A stretch of 64,000 nt of DNA from an uncultured virus (IMG/VR IMGVR_UViG_3300005080_000002) (lineage: Duplodnaviria > Heunggongvirae > Uroviricota > Caudoviricetes). Shown here piece after piece: positions 1 to 8,352 of the stretch. The notes below the pieces were generated by a model. That model had not been told where the DNA came from and searched no databases. It was given only the letters and a program-made list of their open reading frames with translations. A program made the translations under genes and the position numbers. Location of the stretch: IMG/VR virus record IMGVR_UViG_3300005080_000002, one strand, 5' to 3'. The stretch's first letter is position 1. Each line of letters begins with the position of its first letter.

Positions 1-3000
1 CTACTGTCGGTTTTTACAGTAGCCGATCTTAACCTTCGTAATCGTATCCGCTACCACCGATTTGGAGAACGTGTAGTCCGCCTGACCAGAGGTTACGTCA
101 GCGTAGATATAGAAGGTCGTGTTCTGATGGTTGGACGGGAACAATGCCTTGAGGTCATAACCTTTGGATGGGAACTGCCATTGGTTACCGTTGAGGATGC
201 CCGGCACCGGCTCGGTGAAGTAAACTACCCAGCCCTCAGCCATACGCGTCATCTGCAATACTTTTTGGGTGGTGACACTTGCCACAATAGCAGCTTGCGT
301 TTTACCGTACACGTCGGCCATGATAGACTCGCCAGTGGCGGTCGATTTGGCATTGAACTGACCAAAGGTTTTATTATACCCAAGGCCAGAAGCGACGTTA
401 TGGTAGTAGTTTACCCCGGTAGGGTTTTGCCATGCTTTGGCTACGGGATCGTAGATAACTCGGAAGCCACCAGTGCCACCGTAACCAACCCAAGTCGTGT
501 ATGGACCTTGGGCCATGATAAACAACCACTTACCGTCATCCAGTTTAGCAATCGAACTACCCTGTCCGCCATCTGACACGTTATTAAGCTCTACCGCATT
601 ACCGTTAGCATGAATCCAGCGATGGATCTCCTGACCAAACGTTACCGCGCCGATCGTCCCTACCTTACGGTCTAACGTGAACGTGAAGTTCACATGGAGG
701 GTTGAACTCTGCGTTTTAGCCGCACTGGTATAATGACGCACAGCGTACGTACCAACCATGGGCAAACCAGCGATCTTGTGCATCACCAACGACATCTTAT
801 CATTAATGAAGTACGCAGGATCGACGCTATTTAGTGCAATGCCTCTGAGCTGGTCTTTCAGCGCGTTAAACAACGCTGCCGGAAGGGATACATCGTCCGT
901 AAACGTTGCTACGCCAAAGTTGGCACCGTGTACCATCTTTGACTTACCGCTCAACTGACCATCGTGGAATACGAAGCCTTCTCCGTACTCATTACCGTCA
1001 TCGTAAGTGTATGGGATTGCACGATACTTAATGTAATCGCTCCATGACAACTGAACACGGTTTTGAGTGGGACCCAACCCATCGAAGCCTGGACCAAACG
1101 AACCGCCGGGAACGTATTCAAACAGCGACGTACGCAGGTTATCTTGAATGATCGCTTTGTTACCGCCGACCTCATGCCAAAAACGCATGTTGTTACCCAG
1201 ACTCGAACCGTAGTTACCAATGTTGTACAACGTCGGCCCCACTTGATCAAATCCAATCTGGCGGCAATCCAAATAATCGAACTCAGACAACACTCCAGCA
1301 ATTGTCCGTTCCTGCAAACCAATAGCGGGCGTGTAGTTGGTGCCGTAGAAGTAATACCACAGTCTAGTGCCTCGACTACGTAGTACACCAGCGGTGTTGT
1401 TAGCCTCACCGCCGACGATAGCACGATTACCACGAGACTTATGGTCTACGCCAGCCTGGCTTACTTTAAGCGGATAGATGTCCGGGCGATCCATTACCGC
1501 TGTGCGTGCGTCAAGATCCAGTACGAAACTGGCATTCCAGCGATCATGGCGCGAAGTGAACGAGTTAGCGCAGTACGACGTGTTGTAGAAGTTGACGCGA
1601 ATCTTTGCGCCTTCTGCTGCTACGTCGTAGTTACATTCCGCATGTCGGATATTTACATACGTCCAGAACCCATCGGCGTTGTACGACATCCCTTTATGGT
1701 TAGCGTCAGGACCCATACCGCTACCCACCATGGTAAAGGTGGAAACGTTTGTTTGGGGCGTACCGAAAACGTCATTACCGGAGAGCAGCAACTGTGTGAG
1801 CATGATCTCATTAACATCAAAGATGCCTTGGTAGGGCGCTACTAACGCACTGACGTTACAACCACCGTTCGAGTAGTTAGGAGAAATGATAACGACTCGG
1901 TCACCAGTGATCAGTGGATATTGGAAATGACCAAAATTGCCAGCATTGAGGATCTTCACCAGATGATGTTTGGATTGATCCATCGTGCCGCGAGTAAACA
2001 CCAGGTAATAACCACCTGAGGTTTGAAGGATAAAGACGCCTTCGCTACCACGTTTAACAGCTAGTACCTCTTCACCCGCTTTCAATCCAGGAGGATTATA
2101 CCGTGCGGTTGTCGGTACCAGCTTAGTCGGTCTTCCATTGGGATCCATGCGAATGGAGGAGTAGAACACACCTTGCTCCAAATCATCCATACCGTTACGC
2201 AGAATAACGAAATCGCCATCTGCTTCACGTTCACCTACTACCATGTAGGAGGTACCGATACCTGATGCTGGGTAGTTACCCAGTACAGGCACTGGCAAGT
2301 AGCTGAATTTACCGTAGCGTGAGAGCTGCAACAAATCCTCAGGCACGTATTTACCCGCCTCATCTTCCAACAGTGCTACATTCTCCAAGATACGCTTTAC
2401 TGCTGTGTTGGTAGTGGCCGTGGTCTTGTCGGTAGAGTCGATAGCATCGTTGTGCTTCGTGACCCCCTTTTGGGTAAGGGTGGCAGGAGTAACGGTGATT
2501 TCACTCGACTCGTGGGTGTGTCCATCCAACGCCTTTATATCTACCAGCAGGTCAAAGTGACCGCTGTTCGCAGGCATGTTTGCATCGGCAAGATTGGCTA
2601 CTTTACTCAGTCCAATATCGCCTTTATCAAGAACGATGTTATTGGCCAGCGTAATGCCGTTGATCCGGCGAGTGACCGGAACGAGAGACAGGATGATGTT
2701 ACGCTGTTCGGTAATAGCTTTCTGGGTTACGCCATACGGCCCAGAGACGTTACGGCCTGCATCTTCCATAGTAGCCAGGCCAGGAGTACCAGCACCACCG
2801 TCATTAAGTGGGATGTTAGCTTTCAACGGGCTAGCCACAGTACCGGCGCCAGTGAAGTCAATGTTAGTACCATCGCGATAGCTCAGAGGAGCCGAACCAC
2901 CACCACCTGCGCTAGAGGCGTACGTGGCCAGAGTCTCTACGGTAATGACTTCTTGCCCGTTGTATTTTACGGACTTGTTATCAATGCCAGTACCTGAGGA

Positions 3001-3984
3001 CTCCACGGACAGTTCGTTAGCGCCTGAGATAAGACTGGCTTTCTTACCGCCTACGTTATCGATGTCGGCACGCACTACGGTGTCGTTGACAGAAACCAGT
3101 TGTGCGTTACCCGAACTCAAATCGATAGTTGGGATTTTATCGGCACCATAAACGGTGGAGATATTAGCTTCACCGTCAGAGAGTACGATGTCACCAGTCA
3201 CGATCCGGTCGGCGTTGAGCGGGAACTTACCGGCAGTATCGTCGGTCAGGTCAGTCACTGCCAGTACAGCATCACGCAGTTCAGGCTTGGTCAGACCGAA
3301 GGCCTTATTGGCATTCTTGGCGATACCTTGCTCATGGAGAGCGCCGGCGGTGTAATGGGTTTCACCGTGAGGTACAGCTTCGTCGGCGATGTGTTCGGCC
3401 CAACCTGAGGAAGAAACAACAGCTTCCAGATTGTCCAGAAGGCTGTCTGCCAATTTATGCATCTCGCCCTTGGTAGGGTCTTTAGACGCAATGGCGTTCT
3501 TTACCTCATCAAGTTTAGCAATCAGCTGAGGCTCGGAGTTGAATGCGTCACGATCGAACTGCACTTTGACCGGCGGAAAAAAACGATCGTCCGCCAAGAC
3601 GTCATCCCAATATTCATTTGTGGGATCAACGATCGTTGGCATGTACGCCGTAATTACTGACGCATCGACGGTGTAGTTACCACCTACGGTGCGGTACTGG
3701 AGAGTAAACGGCCCCTTGAGCGCTTTATTGATAATCCAGATAGACCCGGATATTCTTTGAGCACAGAGGTGGGATCCTTTCAGGTAGCGGTGCCCGAAAT
3801 AGAAGTCCACACCCTCTTTAAGGGTCTTGGTACCTTCCTTGATACGGAAGTCCTTGATAAAGAATGGGGCTGCCGTGGGGAAGATGACTTTCATCGCTCC
3901 AGCAGGAAGCGATTTCGCTTCGCTGGGGATATAGCAAGCTACGTCTGACCCGTGCGGGTCGAACGGATAGATGGGACGAGTCAT
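1..3984 (-). CDS. Tail fibre/baseplate-associated virion protein (phiKZ gp145/gp146-like N-terminus, gp131-like C-terminal domain); C-terminus possibly truncated by a frameshift
   Basis: 1327 aa. N-terminal YPFDPxG motif, tail-fibre motifs RRING..L..DIGLSKVAN and ATLTQKGV, and C-terminal GWVVYFTEP...NTTFYIY segment recalled from phiKZ-like fibre proteins. Confidence 0.75.
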   Translation of the reverse strand: MTRPIYPFDPHGSDVACYIPSEAKSLPAGAMKVIFPTAAPFFIKDFRIKEGTKTLKEGVDFYFGHRYLKGSHLCAQRISGSIWIINKALKGPFTLQYRTVGGNYTVDASVITAYMPTIVDPTNEYWDDVLADDRFFPPVKVQFDRDAFNSEPQLIAKLDEVKNAIASKDPTKGEMHKLADSLLDNLEAVVSSSGWAEHIADEAVPHGETHYTAGALHEQGIAKNANKAFGLTKPELRDAVLAVTDLTDDTAGKFPLNADRIVTGDIVLSDGEANISTVYGADKIPTIDLSSGNAQLVSVNDTVVRADIDNVGGKKASLISGANELSVESSGTGIDNKSVKYNGQEVITVETLATYASSAGGGGSAPLSYRDGTNIDFTGAGTVASPLKANIPLNDGGAGTPGLATMEDAGRNVSGPYGVTQKAITEQRNIILSLVPVTRRINGITLANNIVLDKGDIGLSKVANLADANMPANSGHFDLLVDIKALDGHTHESSEITVTPATLTQKGVTKHNDAIDSTDKTTATTNTAVKRILENVALLEDEAGKYVPEDLLQLSRYGKFSYLPVPVLGNYPASGIGTSYMVVGEREADGDFVILRNGMDDLEQGVFYSSIRMDPNGRPTKLVPTTARYNPPGLKAGEEVLAVKRGSEGVFILQTSGGYYLVFTRGTMDQSKHHLVKILNAGNFGHFQYPLITGDRVVIISPNYSNGGCNVSALVAPYQGIFDVNEIMLTQLLLSGNDVFGTPQTNVSTFTMVGSGMGPDANHKGMSYNADGFWTYVNIRHAECNYDVAAEGAKIRVNFYNTSYCANSFTSRHDRWNASFVLDLDARTAVMDRPDIYPLKVSQAGVDHKSRGNRAIVGGEANNTAGVLRSRGTRLWYYFYGTNYTPAIGLQERTIAGVLSEFDYLDCRQIGFDQVGPTLYNIGNYGSSLGNNMRFWHEVGGNKAIIQDNLRTSLFEYVPGGSFGPGFDGLGPTQNRVQLSWSDYIKYRAIPYTYDDGNEYGEGFVFHDGQLSGKSKMVHGANFGVATFTDDVSLPAALFNALKDQLRGIALNSVDPAYFINDKMSLVMHKIAGLPMVGTYAVRHYTSAAKTQSSTLHVNFTFTLDRKVGTIGAVTFGQEIHRWIHANGNAVELNNVSDGGQGSSIAKLDDGKWLFIMAQGPYTTWVGYGGTGGFRVIYDPVAKAWQNPTGVNYYHNVASGLGYNKTFGQFNAKSTATGESIMADVYGKTQAAIVASVTTQKVLQMTRMAEGWVVYFTEPVPGILNGNQWQFPSKGYDLKALFPSNHQNTTFYIYADVTSGQADYTFSKSVVADTITKVKIGYCKNRQ

Positions 3985-4025
3985 ACGAACTTCCTTTTGT
4001 GATGGATACTTTAGCCAAGGCTAGT

Positions 4026-4034
4026 CATAGTATG
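4026..4034. promoter_or_regulatory. Candidate back-to-back late promoters (CATA-G-TATG)
   Basis: TATG on both strands between two divergent virion genes; TATG is the known phiKZ late-promoter core. A 4-mer is weak evidence on its own. Confidence 0.4.
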
Positions 4035-4058
4035 GCTTACCGTTTTAGGAGATTAGAC

Positions 4059-5306
4059 ATGTCCAATACTGGCAGTAATTATCGGCTAGATGCCGCTCCA
4101 GCGATCGTGCGTTCACGGACGACGCGGGACTGGTTAAAGGTTGATATTTCGGCAATGAAAGTGGCTGATGTATTTGCCAACTATCGTGAAATAGAAGTGG
4201 GTCTTTTCGATGCATTCAATAAGCCCTGTACCATTAACCTCTACCAATATGAGTTTGAACTGCGTAATTACCAGCAGACTCTGGGTGTTTGGTTAAACAG
4301 TCTGGGTAAACGCGGTTTAATCACCACCGCCGGCTTACCCACGTTGACCTTCAAAGAGGTTAACTATTTGCCATTGACTTATTACGAAGGAATGTTCCAA
4401 CTAGCTAAACGTGGTTGGCATCCGTCGCATCAAGTTCCGATGGAGGACTACGACGACGTCGTGGTGGCTTATAATAGCATCACGTCTAAATACCTGCATA
4501 GTAATGCACTGTTCACTGTCAATGGCATGTTCATGCCTGTCACGTACCACGAATACGGCGTGCGTATCTTCAATGCTGGAGATATCATCCGTAAGACCGG
4601 CAAGGTGGAGCTTGGCATGCTCAACTTTGAACAGGTCGGTACTGTCGAGGTAGTTCCTATTACTTCCGATATGATCTTTAAGGTCGATGGGAAGAAGGAC
4701 TACTACACAGAACTTCTGATTAAATCCCCAAAGTCACTGGCCGGTAAAACCGTAGGCATTGTTATCGGCGGCTATCTGCATCTTCTCGATGGACTGATCA
4801 AGCCTAATAGTGACACCACTGCTATCATTACCATGAAAGATATTTCCGTGGTAGAGCGTGTTATTGCTACCAAGGATATTCTTGATCTGGATTTCATGGG
4901 TCTTGATAACTTGGACGTCAATGCTTCAGTGACTACTGTCCTTGATGACACCAATATCCTGAAGTATCTGACATGTCCCTATAGCTTCCTTGTCCTCGTT
5001 AATAACGTAAACCTGAGTAAGCGCTGGGATCCAGTGGATCCGAACGTCGGTATGGGTAACTACCTTATTGACGATAGTGCAAGTCTTGGCTTGCTGGTGG
5101 ACGAGACCGGTAAGGCTATCGATTACTGGCCTAAGTGGGAATGTGGTAAATGGGCGTTGTGTACCGAACATTCGCATCGTAACACCCATTCATTCCATAC
5201 CGCGCCCTGGATGGGGCAGACGCGCATCAACAGTGCGGCGATCGGTATTAATCCTGCTAATCCCATTCAGCCGTCAGTGATTACTTTCTACGCACGTGCA
5301 AAATAA
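4059..5306 (+). CDS. Virion structural protein (phiKZ-like conserved)
   Basis: Long ORF; AGGAG RBS before ATG 4059; LFTVNG and IGGYLHLLD motifs recalled from phiKZ-like virion proteins. Confidence 0.6.
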   Translation: MSNTGSNYRLDAAPAIVRSRTTRDWLKVDISAMKVADVFANYREIEVGLFDAFNKPCTINLYQYEFELRNYQQTLGVWLNSLGKRGLITTAGLPTLTFKEVNYLPLTYYEGMFQLAKRGWHPSHQVPMEDYDDVVVAYNSITSKYLHSNALFTVNGMFMPVTYHEYGVRIFNAGDIIRKTGKVELGMLNFEQVGTVEVVPITSDMIFKVDGKKDYYTELLIKSPKSLAGKTVGIVIGGYLHLLDGLIKPNSDTTAIITMKDISVVERVIATKDILDLDFMGLDNLDVNASVTTVLDDTNILKYLTCPYSFLVLVNNVNLSKRWDPVDPNVGMGNYLIDDSASLGLLVDETGKAIDYWPKWECGKWALCTEHSHRNTHSFHTAPWMGQTRINSAAIGINPANPIQPSVITFYARAK

Positions 5307-5335
5307 AAGCTAGGGGCCAGCGCCCCTAGCTTTTT
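5305..5335. terminator. Bidirectional intrinsic terminator
   Basis: AAAAGCTAGGGGC-CAGC-GCCCCTAGCTTTT between convergent genes. Confidence 0.85.
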
Positions 5336-6233
5336 ATATATGTTTTCCAACAAACCCTTCGGTGGCGGTAATGCGACCACCTTTAATTTCTGAGGTGGTT
5401 TCAAACCCGCCAGAACTGCTACAGTCACCGGTATTGGAAAGACCATTGGTAGTAGTCTGTCCTTCGACGGTCGTATCGCCCGTGAATTTGGCTGTGTCGG
5501 AGTCGCAAATAAAATCATTGCATTTGATTCTGAATGTAACACACTCGAAAGCAACGTCCTTACCGGCGGTGCCAACGATGTCATCGATAGCTTTAAACTC
5601 GACGTTATGCTGGGCTACCTTTACATAGGAGCCATCAGCATTTACCATGCCAAGCTCGCGATCACCGCTGTTAAGATAATTACGGTTGCCAACATCGTCT
5701 TTATTTTCATAGTAACCTTCAGCAGTGTTAAGCTCGATATTATACGCAAAAGGTTCACCGTTATGCTTGGTAGTTACCAGCTTCATGTGCTTCTCATGCG
5801 TGGAGATGCTAAAGAAGTAAGCGTTCTTCAGCGTCTCGCGATCGAGCGGTTCATTGGGGTTTGAGCTAAACGCCCAGATAACCGTCTCCAAACGTTTGAC
5901 GTTACCGATGGAGCGTTCTTCCCAGAAGTATTTCTCATTACCCATTTTCCAGATAATGACGGGATCACCACGACGGACATCCGGTGCAGTGATACGATTG
6001 GTGTCCCTGGGCAGCCATGTGGCTTCAATGGACGTATCTGTAGTATTCTCAATGTGGGCCTTGCCATCACCGGTATCAAATTCGACAATGGCTTGTTGCG
6101 GATTAGTGAGGGCTTCTTCCTCAACGGCGAAGCGCTGCTGTTTAAGCTTGGCTTTAATAACCCAACTGCCGGAAGCTTTGTTAGCCGTTACCTCACCTAA
6201 GCTATAGGGCATCAATGCACATGCGATATCCAT
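5334..6233 (-). CDS. Baseplate central spike (gp5/VgrG/gpV-like; phiKZ gp164-like)
   Basis: ATWLP..TNRITAPDVRRGDPVIIW OB-fold motif followed by Gly/Thr-rich beta-helix-like C-terminus; near SbcC as in phiKZ. Confidence 0.75.
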   Translation of the reverse strand: MDIACALMPYSLGEVTANKASGSWVIKAKLKQQRFAVEEEALTNPQQAIVEFDTGDGKAHIENTTDTSIEATWLPRDTNRITAPDVRRGDPVIIWKMGNEKYFWEERSIGNVKRLETVIWAFSSNPNEPLDRETLKNAYFFSISTHEKHMKLVTTKHNGEPFAYNIELNTAEGYYENKDDVGNRNYLNSGDRELGMVNADGSYVKVAQHNVEFKAIDDIVGTAGKDVAFECVTFRIKCNDFICDSDTAKFTGDTTVEGQTTTNGLSNTGDCSSSGGFETTSEIKGGRITATEGFVGKHI

Positions 6234-6253
6234 CAGGGCTCCTTAAAAAATTA

Positions 6254-6277
6254 TACAGGCATATATCATTATAGTGA
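6254..6277 (+). promoter_or_regulatory. Early-type phage promoter
   Basis: TACAGGCATATATCA-TTATA-GTGA after an A-tract; fits the window consensus. Confidence 0.7.
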
Positions 6278-6310
6278 CATTCATCAATGATCTATCTGGA
6301 GTAAACAAGC

Positions 6311-7159
6311 ATGTCCTACTATAAGATGAACCATAACGTGATTGAAGCTGATCTTCGGTTGAAGATTAGTGTTCTTTGTCGGAACGTATTGGAGCTTCCC
6401 AATATTGACGACAGCCTTCGCCAAGAAATCACGGAACTCTTTGCCTGTGTTAATCAGGCATACGTTGATGCACTGGAGTGGTGTGATAATAGCCAGTTCC
6501 GTCAGTTCATCTCTGAGATGGCAGGACCTAAGGGCAAGCTGGTATTAGACTACAATGCGCATATCGCACAGTTCGATAAGGCGCCGGTCAAGGTTGCTGA
6601 GATCATGCAGATCCTCAGTGGCGAGTCCATGGTTAAGGTTGACAGCTACGATAACGAACTGGTCGATGCAAGTGATGTCGCCGTAGACTTCACTGTGGAT
6701 GATGATGGGGCTATCGAAAATGAGGAAATGAGCGATCTGTTGGCGGCGGCTTACGCACTACTTATCTCACATATGGCCGAAGACTTGTCTAATGGCGGTG
6801 CACGTATTCGTATGGTCACCTACTGGGACGCAGAAGAAATCGATAGCGAGTTCTCTCAGCTCGTTCGCGGGTTCTTCGGCGAAGAACATCCCATCAACGA
6901 TATCAGCATTGCTGACGCGTTACGGCTGTCGCTGCACAATCCGTCTGAGCATATCTTTGCGCTCTTTGAGCAACCCATCACTAGCCTGGCCTACGCCATG
7001 GGCAAGATGGAAGAACGCGCCGGACTTCTTGTCTACGAGGCCAACGGCTACACAATCGGTTTTGATCCTGAGACCGCCATCCTTGTTACTGACCATCCGA
7101 GCGGAGATATCTACGAAGCAATTAACTTTATCGAGGTCGTAGAAGATGTCGAAGAATAA
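6311..7159 (+). CDS. Hypothetical acidic protein (early island)
   Basis: 282 aa; GGAG RBS; downstream of the early motif. Confidence 0.8.
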   Translation: MSYYKMNHNVIEADLRLKISVLCRNVLELPNIDDSLRQEITELFACVNQAYVDALEWCDNSQFRQFISEMAGPKGKLVLDYNAHIAQFDKAPVKVAEIMQILSGESMVKVDSYDNELVDASDVAVDFTVDDDGAIENEEMSDLLAAAYALLISHMAEDLSNGGARIRMVTYWDAEEIDSEFSQLVRGFFGEEHPINDISIADALRLSLHNPSEHIFALFEQPITSLAYAMGKMEERAGLLVYEANGYTIGFDPETAILVTDHPSGDIYEAINFIEVVEDVEE

Positions 7160-7535
7160 GCAACGTAGGTTTAGCTACTACGACGCTGGACGAGAACACG
7201 GTAAAACACTCAATGCCTTTTTCCGCGTGACCAACTATAAAGGGAGGCGATGGTTAAATAGCGGCGAGTACCTGCGCGGGTTAACTGATGAGATAAAGGC
7301 GCAGTTAAAGTGTGGGGACGTTTATCGTATATCATCAATCCTGTGGTACGTCAGTGAACTGCCGCAGCCTGCCAGAGGCCATGTCATTTCAAAGACAGGC
7401 ATCAAACTTGATATGTTCGGCTATCCTATCTTTGAACGTCACGGCGTAACGCATGATGGGTGTGGCAGACCTGTAGAATACAAACCCACGCTTAAGGAAC
7501 GTATTATAGGTTTCTTTGGCAACCTGTTCAGATAA
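7146..7535 (+). CDS. Hypothetical protein
   Basis: 129 aa; overlaps the upstream gene; followed by a terminator. Confidence 0.7.
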   Translation: MSKNKQRRFSYYDAGREHGKTLNAFFRVTNYKGRRWLNSGEYLRGLTDEIKAQLKCGDVYRISSILWYVSELPQPARGHVISKTGIKLDMFGYPIFERHGVTHDGCGRPVEYKPTLKERIIGFFGNLFR

Positions 7536-7541
7536 GATCAA

Positions 7542-7573
7542 AGCTAGGGGCTCAAGCCCCTAGTTCTTTTTTT
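7542..7573 (+). terminator. Intrinsic terminator
   Basis: AGCTAGGGGC-TCAA-GCCCCTAGTT followed by CTTTTTTT. Confidence 0.85.
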
Positions 7574-7596
7574 GTTTGTGTTCGATTTAAAATCAT

Positions 7597-7620
7597 TTCA
7601 GACATATATTACCAGAGTGA
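7597..7620 (+). promoter_or_regulatory. Early phage promoter
   Basis: TTCAGACATATATTACCAGAGTGA contains the phiKZ early core TATATTAC; identical copy at 53537. Confidence 0.85.
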
Positions 7621-7668
7621 GATACAATAGTAATCTCTACTATTACCACTACCTAAAAGGAAAATTGT

Positions 7669-8247
7669 ATGTTGAATATTATGATCGATCGTGTTAACGG
7701 TAAGATGTCCCAAGCGTCCGCAATGCGGGCTATGTTCGGCGACTGTGAATATGACTTCATCAGTCACTGCCCCGAAAGCTACATCAAAGAAAGCTTCAAC
7801 AAGATGATGAAGTTCGTGAGCGTCGAAGCGCTGCGCAAAGAAGTCAACGCCAAGATGCAAGAGATCACCAAGTACGACGCCGACCTGGCTGGCGAAGCAA
7901 GCGATGCGATCTGCGGTGTCACCGATATCGTCGTGCTGGTACGCACCTCGTACGGGATCATGGTCGAGGTTCTGAAGGCCGCCGTGGACAACGCTGACCT
8001 GCGGGAACTGGTACTCTCCACCATCGACGACAAAGAAGGTGAAGATGGTATCTACACCGCAGAAGCAGAAGCGAACCTCGAGGCCATGGTTGCAAAACTG
8101 CGCCAGATCGAAACCAAGCCGGCCAAGGCCGACACCACTGCAAAAGCCCAGTCCGAGCTCGTAATCGAGCCGGTCGATGGCGAGGGCGCAGGGGCAGCTA
8201 AGAAGCCCACTCCGGCCACCGAAAGTAAAAAGAAATCGCAGAAGTAA
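7669..8247 (+). CDS. Hypothetical protein, probably highly expressed early
   Basis: 192 aa; strong C-ending codon bias; own promoter and terminator. Confidence 0.85.
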   Translation: MLNIMIDRVNGKMSQASAMRAMFGDCEYDFISHCPESYIKESFNKMMKFVSVEALRKEVNAKMQEITKYDADLAGEASDAICGVTDIVVLVRTSYGIMVEVLKAAVDNADLRELVLSTIDDKEGEDGIYTAEAEANLEAMVAKLRQIETKPAKADTTAKAQSELVIEPVDGEGAGAAKKPTPATESKKKSQK

Positions 8248-8266
8248 CCGAAAGGTTACTCTGTAT

Positions 8267-8299
8267 GAGCTGGGGGTTAATTCCCCCAGTTCTTTTTTT
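8267..8299 (+). terminator. Intrinsic terminator, preceded by a GAAA-tetraloop hairpin at 8243-8260
   Basis: GAGCTGGGGG-TTAAT-TCCCCCAGTTC plus T7. Confidence 0.8.
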
Positions 8300-8352
8300 G
8301 TGTTTTTTTACAAGGAACACCATCCTATAGATTCCCCTATGAGTGTTCTACG

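Larger units (their letters stand above)
7542..7637 (+). repeat. Terminator-promoter-hairpin cassette, copy A
   Basis: Ungapped 78/96 identity (hand count) to 53482-53577. Confidence 0.85.
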
